Virus record (IMG/VR): IMGVR_UViG_3300032018_000001
Span: 32,001 to 96,000 of that record
DNA length: 64,000 bases
DNA from: a virus
Direction: 5' to 3' (one strand)
Shown here: positions 50,263 through 59,534 of the stretch, piece after piece
How positions within the stretch are numbered: the stretch's first letter is position 1
Layout of the letters: every line of letters begins with the position of its first letter
Notes under the pieces: model-generated
Database searches by the model: none
Told to the model about the DNA's origin: nothing
Seen by the model: only the letters and a program-made list of their open reading frames with translations
Position numbers and translations under genes: made by a program

Positions 50263-51198
50263 GAGATGTTATGGAAATAACATACAGTCCTGCTCAGTTA
50301 CGGCAGTACATCGAGAAGCTGTGATGGAAATAAAAATCGGTAATGCAGTTATAGGAAAAATTGACTCCGTGAAAACGCGGGACAAAGAGCGAGTGCTGAG
50401 CATAGACCCGGCTGCGCTCGCTAAGGATTTTAGCACCTGGGCGTCTTACCTACCAGGGACGGGGATATTTACCGTGGAGCTGACAAGGCCTGCCAAGTGT
50501 CCAGTCTGTAGCAAGCTTGGTTGTAAAGAACATATTGCTGTAAAGCAGGATTGCTTGAAATTGAAGGAGGATGCTAATGGCTTGTGATGGAAAATGTTTA
50601 TCCTGCAGTGCGTGGAAGACGTGTACTAATTTTAAACGATAGAGGTAACTATGCACACTGTATTACCGTGGATACTTATTGCTCTGGCCATTGCAGCTTT
50701 TGTTTTGGCGCAGTACCTGAAATTTAAGAACGGCACCGTCATGCGCCTTAATGACAGGATTTTAAAATTGGTAAGTAAGAAGGGTACGTTTACCAAAGAA
50801 GAACTGTTTCAGCTTGCGGAAGACTATCAATCGCTGGAGCGCATTTACCTGGAGCGCAAGGAAACTGCCAAGGCAAAAGTCTGTCGTGCCTTTGCTGATG
50901 GGTTTATGGAAATGTCTGAGGGAGCAGACCGGCGCACTCCTCCTGCTCCCACAGGTGCGCCTGATGACCGTGTAGCCGGTAGCTTGCTATTATAAACCTG
51001 CGGCCTGAGCCGTAGTACCTTGCTACTACTATCATGAGCGTAGCAGCAAGGTCTTTTAAATTCGCAGGGTAATAAGTGATAAACATCGGGGATGTAATGT
51101 GTAGCCCTTGTAAAGGGAGCGCGGAGAATAATTCCGGTGTTGCTTACGCCCTGCTACCATTTTTATATTGTTTGCAGAGAATGCTCTTTCAAATTTTA

Positions 51199-51546
51199 GG
51201 GGGTGAACGGACTCGATTTGAGAATTTAAGTAGTAGGTGCATGCTGAGGACGCAGGTGGGCCTCATAAAAATCCTGCAACAAACAAACAACGAATCCAAT
51301 GTTGTTTCTCTGGCCACGCGCCAGAGCGCTGCCTTACAGCTCTCTTTCGTAGCTGCAAGGGCCAGTGTCGCAAACGAAGCGCTCCGTCTCGCAGCGTAAG
51401 CGAGATTGATTGCGGGCTAAGTCCCGTTGCTGGCGTGAAACTGGTGCTGGGTAACTGACACGTCATAAGATGAGACCCGGATAAGCATGTAGTACCTACG
51501 CGGACGTTTTCAAAGACCGGGCTATCATAGGCCCGCACCTCCACCA
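51199..51546 (+). ncRNA. ssrA: tmRNA
   Basis: acceptor GGGGGTG/CACCTCC with G3-U, 3' ACCA; pk1 GAGG/CCTC plus GCAGG/CCTGC; tag ORF ends LRLAA-TAA (51399). Confidence 0.9.
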
Positions 51547-51606
51547 TATTTTTTTTCGGAGCAGCAGTTACTTTTTTCCGGATAGCTGCTGCATCGTTTG
51601 TTGTGG

Positions 51607-51640
51607 GCCCTGCTACTCTAACCAGTAGCAGGGCTTTTTT
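51607..51640 (+). terminator. repeated CCCTGCTAC..GTAGCAGGG terminator (also 52788-52819, 55494-55527)
   Basis: three near-identical hairpins followed by T6. Confidence 0.85.
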
Positions 51641-51720
51641 ATTGTGTAAATTAGCAGGCTGGCCGTATTAATATGGTAAGAGGCTAAAGGGTACTACTAC
51701 TATAAAAAGGGGATAGACTT

Positions 51721-52314
51721 ATGTTATTAGATGCTAGAAAAATTATAGGTAAACTTTGCGGTAATAAAAAATATCATACACTTGATGTTCGGATTATTGC
51801 TGAGCTTGTTTATGATATAGCTACTATTGCTAATTCGGAATCTTCCGATGCTAATTCGGAATCTTCCGATAAAAAGAAACACCCTATTCAGTCACAAAGA
51901 ACAGGTTTTGTGGATATTGGAAGTTGCCAGCGGAGTATTTTGGATTTGTTGGCCGTGGGCAGCTCTGACCAAGCCAAGATTTGCACTTCTTTAGGTATTA
52001 AGAGCCCTACTGCTAATATAGCACTGAATAAACTTCATAAAAAGAAACTTATTTCTCGTAAGAAATCTGGCAAGTGTTTTATTTATCGAGTATATACAAA
52101 CGGAAAGAGACAGGAAACTTTTGATGTGCGTACCAATATGACTAAACGCGAGAGAAATTCTCTTATCTATGATAAATTTAAGCAGGGAGAAACCAAAGCA
52201 CAGCTTGCTGCTGCTTTTTTTCTTGATAATAATACTGTTGACCATATTATTAAGAAATGCAAAGAACAAAGTCAGGTGGTTAAGCCAGTTGCAGAATTAT
52301 CAGCAGTATCATAA
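51721..52314 (+). CDS. winged-HTH + HTH DNA-binding protein
   Basis: wHTH paralogous to the C-terminus of 5518-6222; contains a 21-bp tandem duplication at 51829-51870. Confidence 0.7.
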   Translation: MLLDARKIIGKLCGNKKYHTLDVRIIAELVYDIATIANSESSDANSESSDKKKHPIQSQRTGFVDIGSCQRSILDLLAVGSSDQAKICTSLGIKSPTANIALNKLHKKKLISRKKSGKCFIYRVYTNGKRQETFDVRTNMTKRERNSLIYDKFKQGETKAQLAAAFFLDNNTVDHIIKKCKEQSQVVKPVAELSAVS

Positions 52315-53766
52315 AGGACGTAACGGATGAATAAGCCCATGCGTAAGCTGGCCAAGAGGGTTGCTAAGGATTTGCGAAAGCAGATTGACAAAGAGTGCAA
52401 GGAAAAAGGAAAGCCTTTCGGTACGCTTTCTGACAAATATAAGGTTGTGGCGTTCCTGGGCTACAGGCCCAGAAACGATTTTCTTATTGCTGGTCTGGGG
52501 GGAATTTAATGGCTAAGGTCATTGAGCGGTTATCTCCTAACGGCCAAGCTTACATGCGTGACAACGTGATGACCGGCTACGACTCTGATTTTGGCCGGTC
52601 AACTGTTTTTGTGGTATGCCCTTTTGTGCAGCAGGCTGATGCTTTGGGTTTCGGCCCTGTCAAAAGCTTAAGCCTGTTGCTTCTGCTCGCCAATTCCTGC
52701 ACTGGTCTGCACATCAATATTCGGGCTGTGAGGACGGGGATTTGACTACCCGTTCCCGTGAAGTCTGAACCTCAGCTGCAGGGAGAGGCCCTGCTACTCC
52801 AAGGGTAGCAGGGTTTTTTGTCTTAGTAGGGTAAATTTAAAGATAAATACTTTCATTATTTGCTTGCATTCCTGATTGTAATTGCTTATATTAGTAGTGT
52901 AGGGAAATGAGTATCACTGAGAAATCAAAAAAGCTCTTCATTGATTACGTGAAGGATGCTGGGAACTGGTCTGGATGCCCTGTAGTGGGCGGGAACGTGG
53001 GAGGAAGCAAGGAAGACCGCGGGAACCTTACTCACCTGAAGAAGCTCGGACTCGTAGTAGGCGTTGATGATGAGGAGACTCCTTACATCGTTTTTACCAA
53101 AAAAGGTTTTGATTATGCTTGCAAGCTTGGCCTTGCGGAATACCTGGAAGAGAGTGATTGTACGGCTCAGTCTGAAATAAAGGAGAACTCATGAAGCCCC
53201 TATCAGAATTGGAAAAGCTCGTTCTCTCGGAAGAAAACAGGAAGCAGCAGGCGCGGAACCTGTACGTGAACATTTCACGGGAAGACCTTCGCAGGATGGT
53301 ACGCGCTTATCGCAGGAAGGAGAAAGCATGAGCCTTGAACTTGATATGGCGCTGACGCGAATAGACCTGGACAAAGAGAACGCGGACAGGAAAGAGCGGG
53401 CGCGTTACCAGGAACGGTTGCTAAGCATGATTAAGGCCCAGATACCCCACCGGTACGAAGACTGGAAAAAGGAAATCCTTTCAGGTACTATCCAAGACCC
53501 GCGCCTGAAAGTCTGGATAGGAAATGAGCGGTACAAGTCCGGGCGCGGAACGCTCTGGTCAAATTACGTTCAAAGCATCATCGACACATTTCCTGATACG
53601 ATAAAATAGGAGGTACTATGAGTCCTGAAGAAAAGGTAAAAAAGTTGAGCGGAGATTTGGTCAAGGCTCTTGCAGAGTTGCCAGCGTATCCTTACGATGT
53701 TGTTTCTGGGTTAGTAGCCTCTGCCCGGCAGCTGAAAGACAAAATCAATAAACACCTGGAGGGTAA

Positions 53767-54021
53767 ATGATTAGTAACATAACCATTATTCCTAACCGGG
53801 TGAAGCATGGCCGGTCACTGACCCTTGCTAAGGGTGAAGCAACCTTTGAGAACGGACTGATAGTATCCTTCCGGTTATCGGAGAGTAGCAAGGGGATTCA
53901 ATGCCTCTGGAGGGGCGTGAAGTTTTCCAGCGATGAAATCAAGAAGCAGGCGTCCAATCGAGTATTAGCAACCTACGTGATTAATCACTGCATGGACGAT
54001 AAGAAGGAAGGGGTACTATGA
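53767..54021 (+). CDS. SpoVG-like nucleic-acid-binding protein
   Basis: 'ISNITI....LAKGEATFENGLIVSFRLSESSKG'. Confidence 0.4.
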   Translation: MISNITIIPNRVKHGRSLTLAKGEATFENGLIVSFRLSESSKGIQCLWRGVKFSSDEIKKQASNRVLATYVINHCMDDKKEGVL

Positions 54022-54695
54022 CATTTAATCAATGGTGGAAGAAATACTTCCCTACCTCAAAGAACACAACGGATGGCGGTGTACGGCTTTGAAAAGAAAA
54101 GAGCTTAAGAAATTAAAAAAGAACGGCGGTTTTTAACTAAACACAACAACCTTATACGAACAGGTTTTTAAAGAAGGGAGCGTAGTATGCTAAGATTCAG
54201 GAAAGTTTTAGAAAGGCCATCTTGTTTTGAAATGCTTCGCAATAATAATTCAGACCGTAGGGGAGTGCTTCGTAAGAGTAGGGTAGGATTTCTTTATAAG
54301 GCGAACAACGGTATTGTTATTGAGCAAGAGCTCACAATTCTTACCGCGGCAGAGATGAAACAGTGCCTGCGTAAACTTAAGGAGCTGTAGTATGAAAGAG
54401 CTGACCCTGAAAGATGTTGACTGCCTTGTCACATGGCCCCCTGGAAGCGTGGGAGAGCTTTCAGACCGGACAATGTTGAATGCCTACCTGGAGCTGTGCA
54501 AACACCACGGGTACGGCCGCACGGGACAGATAGCAGAGTCCGTGGAGGACATCTGGAGGCATCCGGAGAAGACGGCCGATTATCAGGAACAGAAAACCAA
54601 GCACCTGCGGGAGATGGACGAACTTTTACTTAATGGTGTAGCAGGGTCTGTATTATTAACTCACTCTTGGTATTTTCTCTGAAGTATTTATTTAC

Positions 54696-54746
54696 TGTGC
54701 GGTAGAGCAGAGTCGAGTAATGCATCGTATCGTATAGGTTTTTTAA
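54696..54746 (+). repeat. NGY-NN pentamer tract 1 (8 units) ending AGGTTTTTTAA
   Basis: TGTgc GGTag AGCag AGTcg AGTaa TGCat CGTat CGTat. Confidence 0.8.
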
Positions 54747-54761
54747 CAAAAGGAGAGGCAG

Positions 54762-55355
54762 ATGAAATCATTCAGAATTGGAATTGAGGCGAATCCGGTT
54801 TTTCCCTATTACATGCAGCACCGTATGGATGACACTAAACTAGCTGACTGGGAAAAGAATCGCGGAAAGATTATGGAGCGTCCGGAGCTTAGCAAGGAAG
54901 ACAACCTGAGGGCGGAGTATCACGCTTACCGGGATGAGAGGGGTTACTACATACCAACGGAGCACATCCTTGGTGCAATCAAGATTGCCAGTAAGGAATT
55001 CAAATCCAAAACAGGCTCTGGAAGGAAGAGCATGAAGGATGAGGTAGCAGGAGGATTCTTTATTCAGGGAGATGAGAATCCGTAAAAACTGTACTTTGAA
55101 TTTTCAGATTTTCAAATTGATAAACGGTCAGCCGTGAATCAGAATAACAAGGCCCGCATAATTGTTATCCGTCCTAAGTTTAAAGGATGGAAGGCACAAT
55201 TCAATCTCATGGTGGATAACGAAACTGTGACCCCTGAGACCATCAGAGGTATTGTGGAGCACGCCGGGCAGTATGTGGGAATAGGAAGCTACAGGCCTCC
55301 TAAGGGCGGAGCGTTTGGGAGATTTAAGATTAGTACGTTTGCAAAAGCAGCGTAG
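54762..55355 (+). pseudogene. RAMP/Cas7-like protein interrupted by an in-frame TAA at 55083-55085
   Basis: both ORF halves share a frame; 'YYIPTEHILGAIKIA', 'RPKF..W...F', G-rich loop 'GQYVGIGSYRPPKGGAFGRF'. Confidence 0.7.
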
Positions 55356-55494
55356 CCTATTGCAGTGTACGTCATGTATTGTTTCGCTTTTATTTTTCTC
55401 GCATGGTAATGTATTGTAATGCACGGTAAGGTAAAGGTTTTTTAAATTGTATGCCGTGTCGTAATGTAATGTGTCGTTTGGTAACGTAGTGCAG
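55351..55494 (+). repeat. NGY-NN pentamer tracts 2-4
   Basis: 55400-55434 CGCat GGTaa TGTat TGTaa TGCac GGTaa GGTaa + AGGTTTTTTAA; 55455-55494 has 8 units; 55351-55389 is imperfect. Confidence 0.8.
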
Positions 55495-55665
55495 CCCTGC
55501 TACTCTAACGGGTAGCAGGGCTTTTTTCCCCCTGCTATTAGTACCTTCCGTAGTAGCTACCTGCTACGCTTTCGACATCCCCTGCCACTAATCATTATAA
55601 TTGAATTTTATCTTATTTGTGAAAAAGGAATAAAGCTCACACATCCTCACCGGCTGGAGCAGTTA

Positions 55666-57225
55666 ATGGCACAGGTAGAGCTCAAAGAAGTTTTCTCCAA
55701 TCTAAAAATAATCCGCGAGCAGGACGGCGGCAAAAAAGCCGTCTACAAATTCTCTGGCCCCTTCCAGGAAATGAATGATGTCCGGGGCACCAAAAACAAA
55801 AACGGCCGTATCTATAATAAGAAACTCTGGGAGCGCGTGTTCGGTGACGCCGGTGTTCAGGAGCGTTTGAGTAGCAAGCGCATGCTTGGCGAGCTCGACC
55901 ATCCTACTGATGATGGACAGATTCGGCGCACAAGTCATATTATAACAGAAGCGCGTCCTGACTGGAATGATGGCGTCATTTACGGAACGCTGGAGCTTCT
56001 GAATCATGACCAGGGAGATGCTGCTCTTATTCGTGCTCTGGTTGACCAGGGCGTTCAGTTGTGTGTATCAAGCCGCGGGTTTGGTGAGTTTATGAAGGAC
56101 GGTTGCACTATCGACCCCGAAACTTACAAACTTGTCACATGGGATATTGTTCTCGACCCTTCCGTACCAATAGCAACCCTGAAGAAGGTTGCTGAATCGG
56201 TGAATCATAACTTACCGATTGAAAGCAGGGCCAGGGCTAATTTCATAGAAACCCTTGCGGGCGCAAATAAGGAAACCAAAGAAACAAAGTCCGAAACAAA
56301 AACCATACAGGAGGATTCGATGGATGAGAAAATTGTAAGTCTCATGGAAAAGAACGGCGAGCTTCAGGCCACCAACGCGAAGAACGAAGCGAACCTGAAC
56401 AACATGAAAGAACTGCTCACGAACAAGAACGAGCGGATTTCCGCGCTCGAAAACGCGAACAAGTCCCTCACGGAAAAATCCGCCAAGCTGGAAGAGACCA
56501 GCGCGGCCCTGACCAAAGCCAATGAAGCGACCACCAATCTTCAGAAGCAGCTCAAGGAATATGAGGAAATCGAAGACCGCGCCATCAAAGTCATCGAATC
56601 CCTCAAAGCCAAACTGGAGCACGCGGATACCCTCAGCGAAAAAGCCGCGGACACCATCGAAGAGCTCATGTCCAAAGTGAAAGAGCGCAAAACCAACGAA
56701 GCCGATGACGCCGACAAAGCGGACAAGGACGTTGACGTTAAGGGAACGCTCCGCAACTGGACACCTGACCCCAGCAAGGGCGATGAGCTTGAACAGCTCA
56801 AAGGCCTTGTGAAGACGATGGAAAAGAAACGCGAAGAGGGCAAGAAGAAAATGGAAGACGCCGATGCGGACGCGAAAGCTGCTGCTGACAAAGCCGCGGC
56901 TGACAAAAAGGAAAAGGCGAAGAAGGAAGACATCGCGGACATGCAGAAGGCGAAAGATGCCAAAGACGCGGCCGACAAAAAGGAAAAGGCGAAGAAGGAA
57001 GACGCCGACCACAAGGAACCGGATGCGGATGACAAGGCCAAGGACGAAGATGATGACGCCGACAAGGATGCGGACGGTAAGGCCAAGACCAACGAAAATG
57101 ATGACGAAGACGATGATGACAAGCCTTACGAGCCCACGGCCAAGGAAAAGAAAGAAGCCCGTATCAACATGCTGAAGAACCTGAGCGAGCAGACCGTGCG
57201 TGACGGCGCTCCCAAGAAACTGTAA
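55666..57225 (+). CDS. prohead protease (T4 gp21-like) fused to coiled-coil/acidic scaffold
   Basis: 'NKNGRIY', 'LGELDHP', 'SH', 'VSSRGFG', 'TWDIVLDPS'; D/K/E/A-rich C-terminus. Confidence 0.9.
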   Translation: MAQVELKEVFSNLKIIREQDGGKKAVYKFSGPFQEMNDVRGTKNKNGRIYNKKLWERVFGDAGVQERLSSKRMLGELDHPTDDGQIRRTSHIITEARPDWNDGVIYGTLELLNHDQGDAALIRALVDQGVQLCVSSRGFGEFMKDGCTIDPETYKLVTWDIVLDPSVPIATLKKVAESVNHNLPIESRARANFIETLAGANKETKETKSETKTIQEDSMDEKIVSLMEKNGELQATNAKNEANLNNMKELLTNKNERISALENANKSLTEKSAKLEETSAALTKANEATTNLQKQLKEYEEIEDRAIKVIESLKAKLEHADTLSEKAADTIEELMSKVKERKTNEADDADKADKDVDVKGTLRNWTPDPSKGDELEQLKGLVKTMEKKREEGKKKMEDADADAKAAADKAAADKKEKAKKEDIADMQKAKDAKDAADKKEKAKKEDADHKEPDADDKAKDEDDDADKDADGKAKTNENDDEDDDDKPYEPTAKEKKEARINMLKNLSEQTVRDGAPKKL

Positions 57226-57245
57226 GAGGTTGCAGAAAGAAAATG

Positions 57246-57274
57246 ACCGCTCCCCTTAACCGGGGAGCGGTTTT
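57246..57274 (+). terminator. hairpin between scaffold and capsid genes (terminator or mRNA stabiliser)
   Basis: ACCGCTCCCC/GGGGAGCGGT followed by TTT. Confidence 0.55.
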
Positions 57275-57353
57275 GAAAACAAACGCCCAGACAAAAACGC
57301 ACTTCGTTTTCGGCAAGGGTTAAACACAGAAACCAAAACAAGGAGTTTTTTCA

Positions 57354-58781
57354 ATGAAAGAAAAAGACGTTTATTCCAATGACGTTATCGTTGAAGGTCT
57401 CCGTGCCTGCGAAAACAAGCGCAACAAATCTTTCGTGGAATCCTCAATCGGGATTTACGAGAAACTGCACGGCCGCAAACCTGACACGATGTTCATGTCC
57501 GCTCTCGGCACCGTTCTGGAGAATTTCCGCCAATGGCGGCACGCCAACTTGGTTGAAGCCACCAATCAGGCGTCCTTCCCGGCCCTGCGCGATTACGGCT
57601 TTGAGCTCATCACGGCTCTGTTCCCCGGCCTGATTGCGAATGAAATCTTCACCATCCAGCCCGCGAAGTTTAAAAACTTCAGTATCTTCTACCAGACCTT
57701 CAAGTATCAGACGGCCAAAGGAATCACACCGGCGAATACGCCCAACTTCGATGCTCTGAAATACTTCCCGATTGACCAGAATTACACTCTGGATTCGGAA
57801 GTCAACAAAGTCATCGGCACAGGCACCGGCGCGACTGCGGCCTTCTCGTACAACCCGGCACCCTTCCGTCCTCTCGTTCCGGGCACCGTTTCTGTTACCT
57901 CCATCAACACGGCCAACGCCGCAATGGCATTGGTTGACAACGGCACCGGCACGATGGTAGGCGATGGCACCGGCTCGGTGGACTATACCACCGGCGTAAT
58001 CGCTGTGACCTTCAACGCCAACGTGAAATCGGGCGCTCCCGTTCTCTCTTCTTACCAGTTTATCGGTGAAGGCTCCAAAGAAAATGCCGCGGAGCTCGGC
58101 CTGACAATCACCGAAATTCAGGGACAGGCGAAGGAACGCAGGCTGCGTTACAATTTCTCAATCGAATCGCAGTTCAGCTACAGGCAACAGTGGGGCCGTA
58201 GCATGGACGCCGACCTCCTGGCCGCGGCGATGGCTGAAATCCGTAAGGAAATCGACCAAGACCTCATCCAGCTCGGCAACACAACGGCACTCGACCCGGC
58301 TTCCGCGGGCAGCGTTGTGTGGAATCGTACACCGGACGTGGGCGTGCAGTACTTCTTCTGGCGTGAGCAGTTCATCGACACGCTGAACGCTGCAGGCAAC
58401 CTCATCGTTAAAGCCACCGGCTTTGGCGAAGGCAATATCGTGGTAGGCGGTCTGAATTTCAAGCAAATCGTTGAAATCATCGGGCCCCGTTTCACACCTT
58501 CCGGAGTCGCAGGCGTCAAAGGCTCGCGCTTCATCGGAACCATTGACGGCACGCGCCGTTGCTACTATGACCCCAGCCTGAGCGACAACCAGTTCTTCGT
58601 GACGTACAAATCCCCGAATCCTCTGGAGCCGGGAATTGTGTACAGTCCTTGGATGCCCTTATTCGCCAGTGACCCTCATATGTTAGCCGATGGCAGCTTA
58701 CACCGTTACCTCATTACCAGCACCGGTAAGACGGTAATCAACAAAAAGCTGTTCGCGGCCGGTACTATCGTTCAGTCTTAA
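57354..58781 (+). CDS. major capsid protein (T4 gp23-like)
   Basis: 'LIANEIF.IQP', 'AKERRL...FSIE', 'EI.KEID', 'G.GN..V', 'VYSPWMPL'; inserted beta domain. Confidence 0.9.
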   Translation: MKEKDVYSNDVIVEGLRACENKRNKSFVESSIGIYEKLHGRKPDTMFMSALGTVLENFRQWRHANLVEATNQASFPALRDYGFELITALFPGLIANEIFTIQPAKFKNFSIFYQTFKYQTAKGITPANTPNFDALKYFPIDQNYTLDSEVNKVIGTGTGATAAFSYNPAPFRPLVPGTVSVTSINTANAAMALVDNGTGTMVGDGTGSVDYTTGVIAVTFNANVKSGAPVLSSYQFIGEGSKENAAELGLTITEIQGQAKERRLRYNFSIESQFSYRQQWGRSMDADLLAAAMAEIRKEIDQDLIQLGNTTALDPASAGSVVWNRTPDVGVQYFFWREQFIDTLNAAGNLIVKATGFGEGNIVVGGLNFKQIVEIIGPRFTPSGVAGVKGSRFIGTIDGTRRCYYDPSLSDNQFFVTYKSPNPLEPGIVYSPWMPLFASDPHMLADGSLHRYLITSTGKTVINKKLFAAGTIVQS

Positions 58782-58816
58782 CAGAGGCCGGCAGTAGTAT
58801 GAGGTGAGTAAAAAAC

Positions 58817-58851
58817 AAAGGGAGCAGGGTTGCATACCTGCTCCCTTTTTT
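58817..58851 (+). terminator. rho-independent terminator
   Basis: AAAGGGAGCAGG/CCTGCTCCCTTT followed by a T run. Confidence 0.85.
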
Positions 58852-58865
58852 GTTAAATTACAAGC

Positions 58866-59501
58866 ATGAGTTTAAAAGACAAACAATATCACGAAGCGCA
58901 TAAAAATGACCCTGCTTATGTTGAACGCCGAAGACTGGCGAGCAAGCGCTTTAGAGAGAAACGCTTAGCAGGTCACAAACTTTATAGAGAGAAACACCGG
59001 GAAGAAATAAAGTGCAAAGAAAAAGAGTTCAGAGATGCCAACAAAAATAATCCTGAGTACAGAAAAAAGCGTGCTGCTTACAGCAGGAAATTTTTTAAGA
59101 ATCATCATGAGGACAGACTTGCTGACCATAGAGCTTACTACAAGAAGAATAAGCATAAAGTAAATGCACAGACGGCTGCTTATCGTAGCACTGGAAGAGG
59201 AAAAGCTTTGTCTATCAAAAATCACAGAAAATATCACCTGAGTAGCAGGTATGGAATTACGCCTGAGCAGTTTGAGCAAATGCGAATTGCTCAAGGTAGC
59301 AGGTGTGCTATTTGTAATGACAGCTTTAAGCATGTCGAAATAAAAACAGGAAACAAGTTCACCTGCACAATAGACCACGACCACGCTACAGGTAAGCTCA
59401 GGCAGTTGCTTTGTGACAGGTGTAACAAAGTTTTAGGTTTTGTTTCTGAGAATAGTATGCTACTCAAAAATATGATTGATTATTTAGGTAAGTGGAAATA
59501 A
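58866..59501 (+). CDS. endonuclease VII-type homing endonuclease
   Basis: 'YGIT..Q...CAIC...IDHDH.TG..R.LLC..CN..LG'. Confidence 0.9.
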   Translation: MSLKDKQYHEAHKNDPAYVERRRLASKRFREKRLAGHKLYREKHREEIKCKEKEFRDANKNNPEYRKKRAAYSRKFFKNHHEDRLADHRAYYKKNKHKVNAQTAAYRSTGRGKALSIKNHRKYHLSSRYGITPEQFEQMRIAQGSRCAICNDSFKHVEIKTGNKFTCTIDHDHATGKLRQLLCDRCNKVLGFVSENSMLLKNMIDYLGKWK

Positions 59502-59534
59502 AGGTAGACTGTCAATTTAAACAAGGAGTAAGAG

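Noticed and set aside
51076-51547. ORFs 51076-51399, 51237-51458 and 51263-51547 as proteins
   Set aside because: They overlap the tmRNA; only the tag part of the first is meaningful
54696-55494. Canonical CRISPR array or simple microsatellite next to the Cas7-like gene
   Set aside because: There are no 25-45-nt direct repeats with spacers; only 2 of every 5 positions are constrained, unlike slippage-derived satellites
56212-57122. Long minus-strand ORFs (also 5502-6011, 9009-9764 and others)
   Set aside because: Antisense shadows of biased or low-complexity + strand genes, with no RBS or motifs
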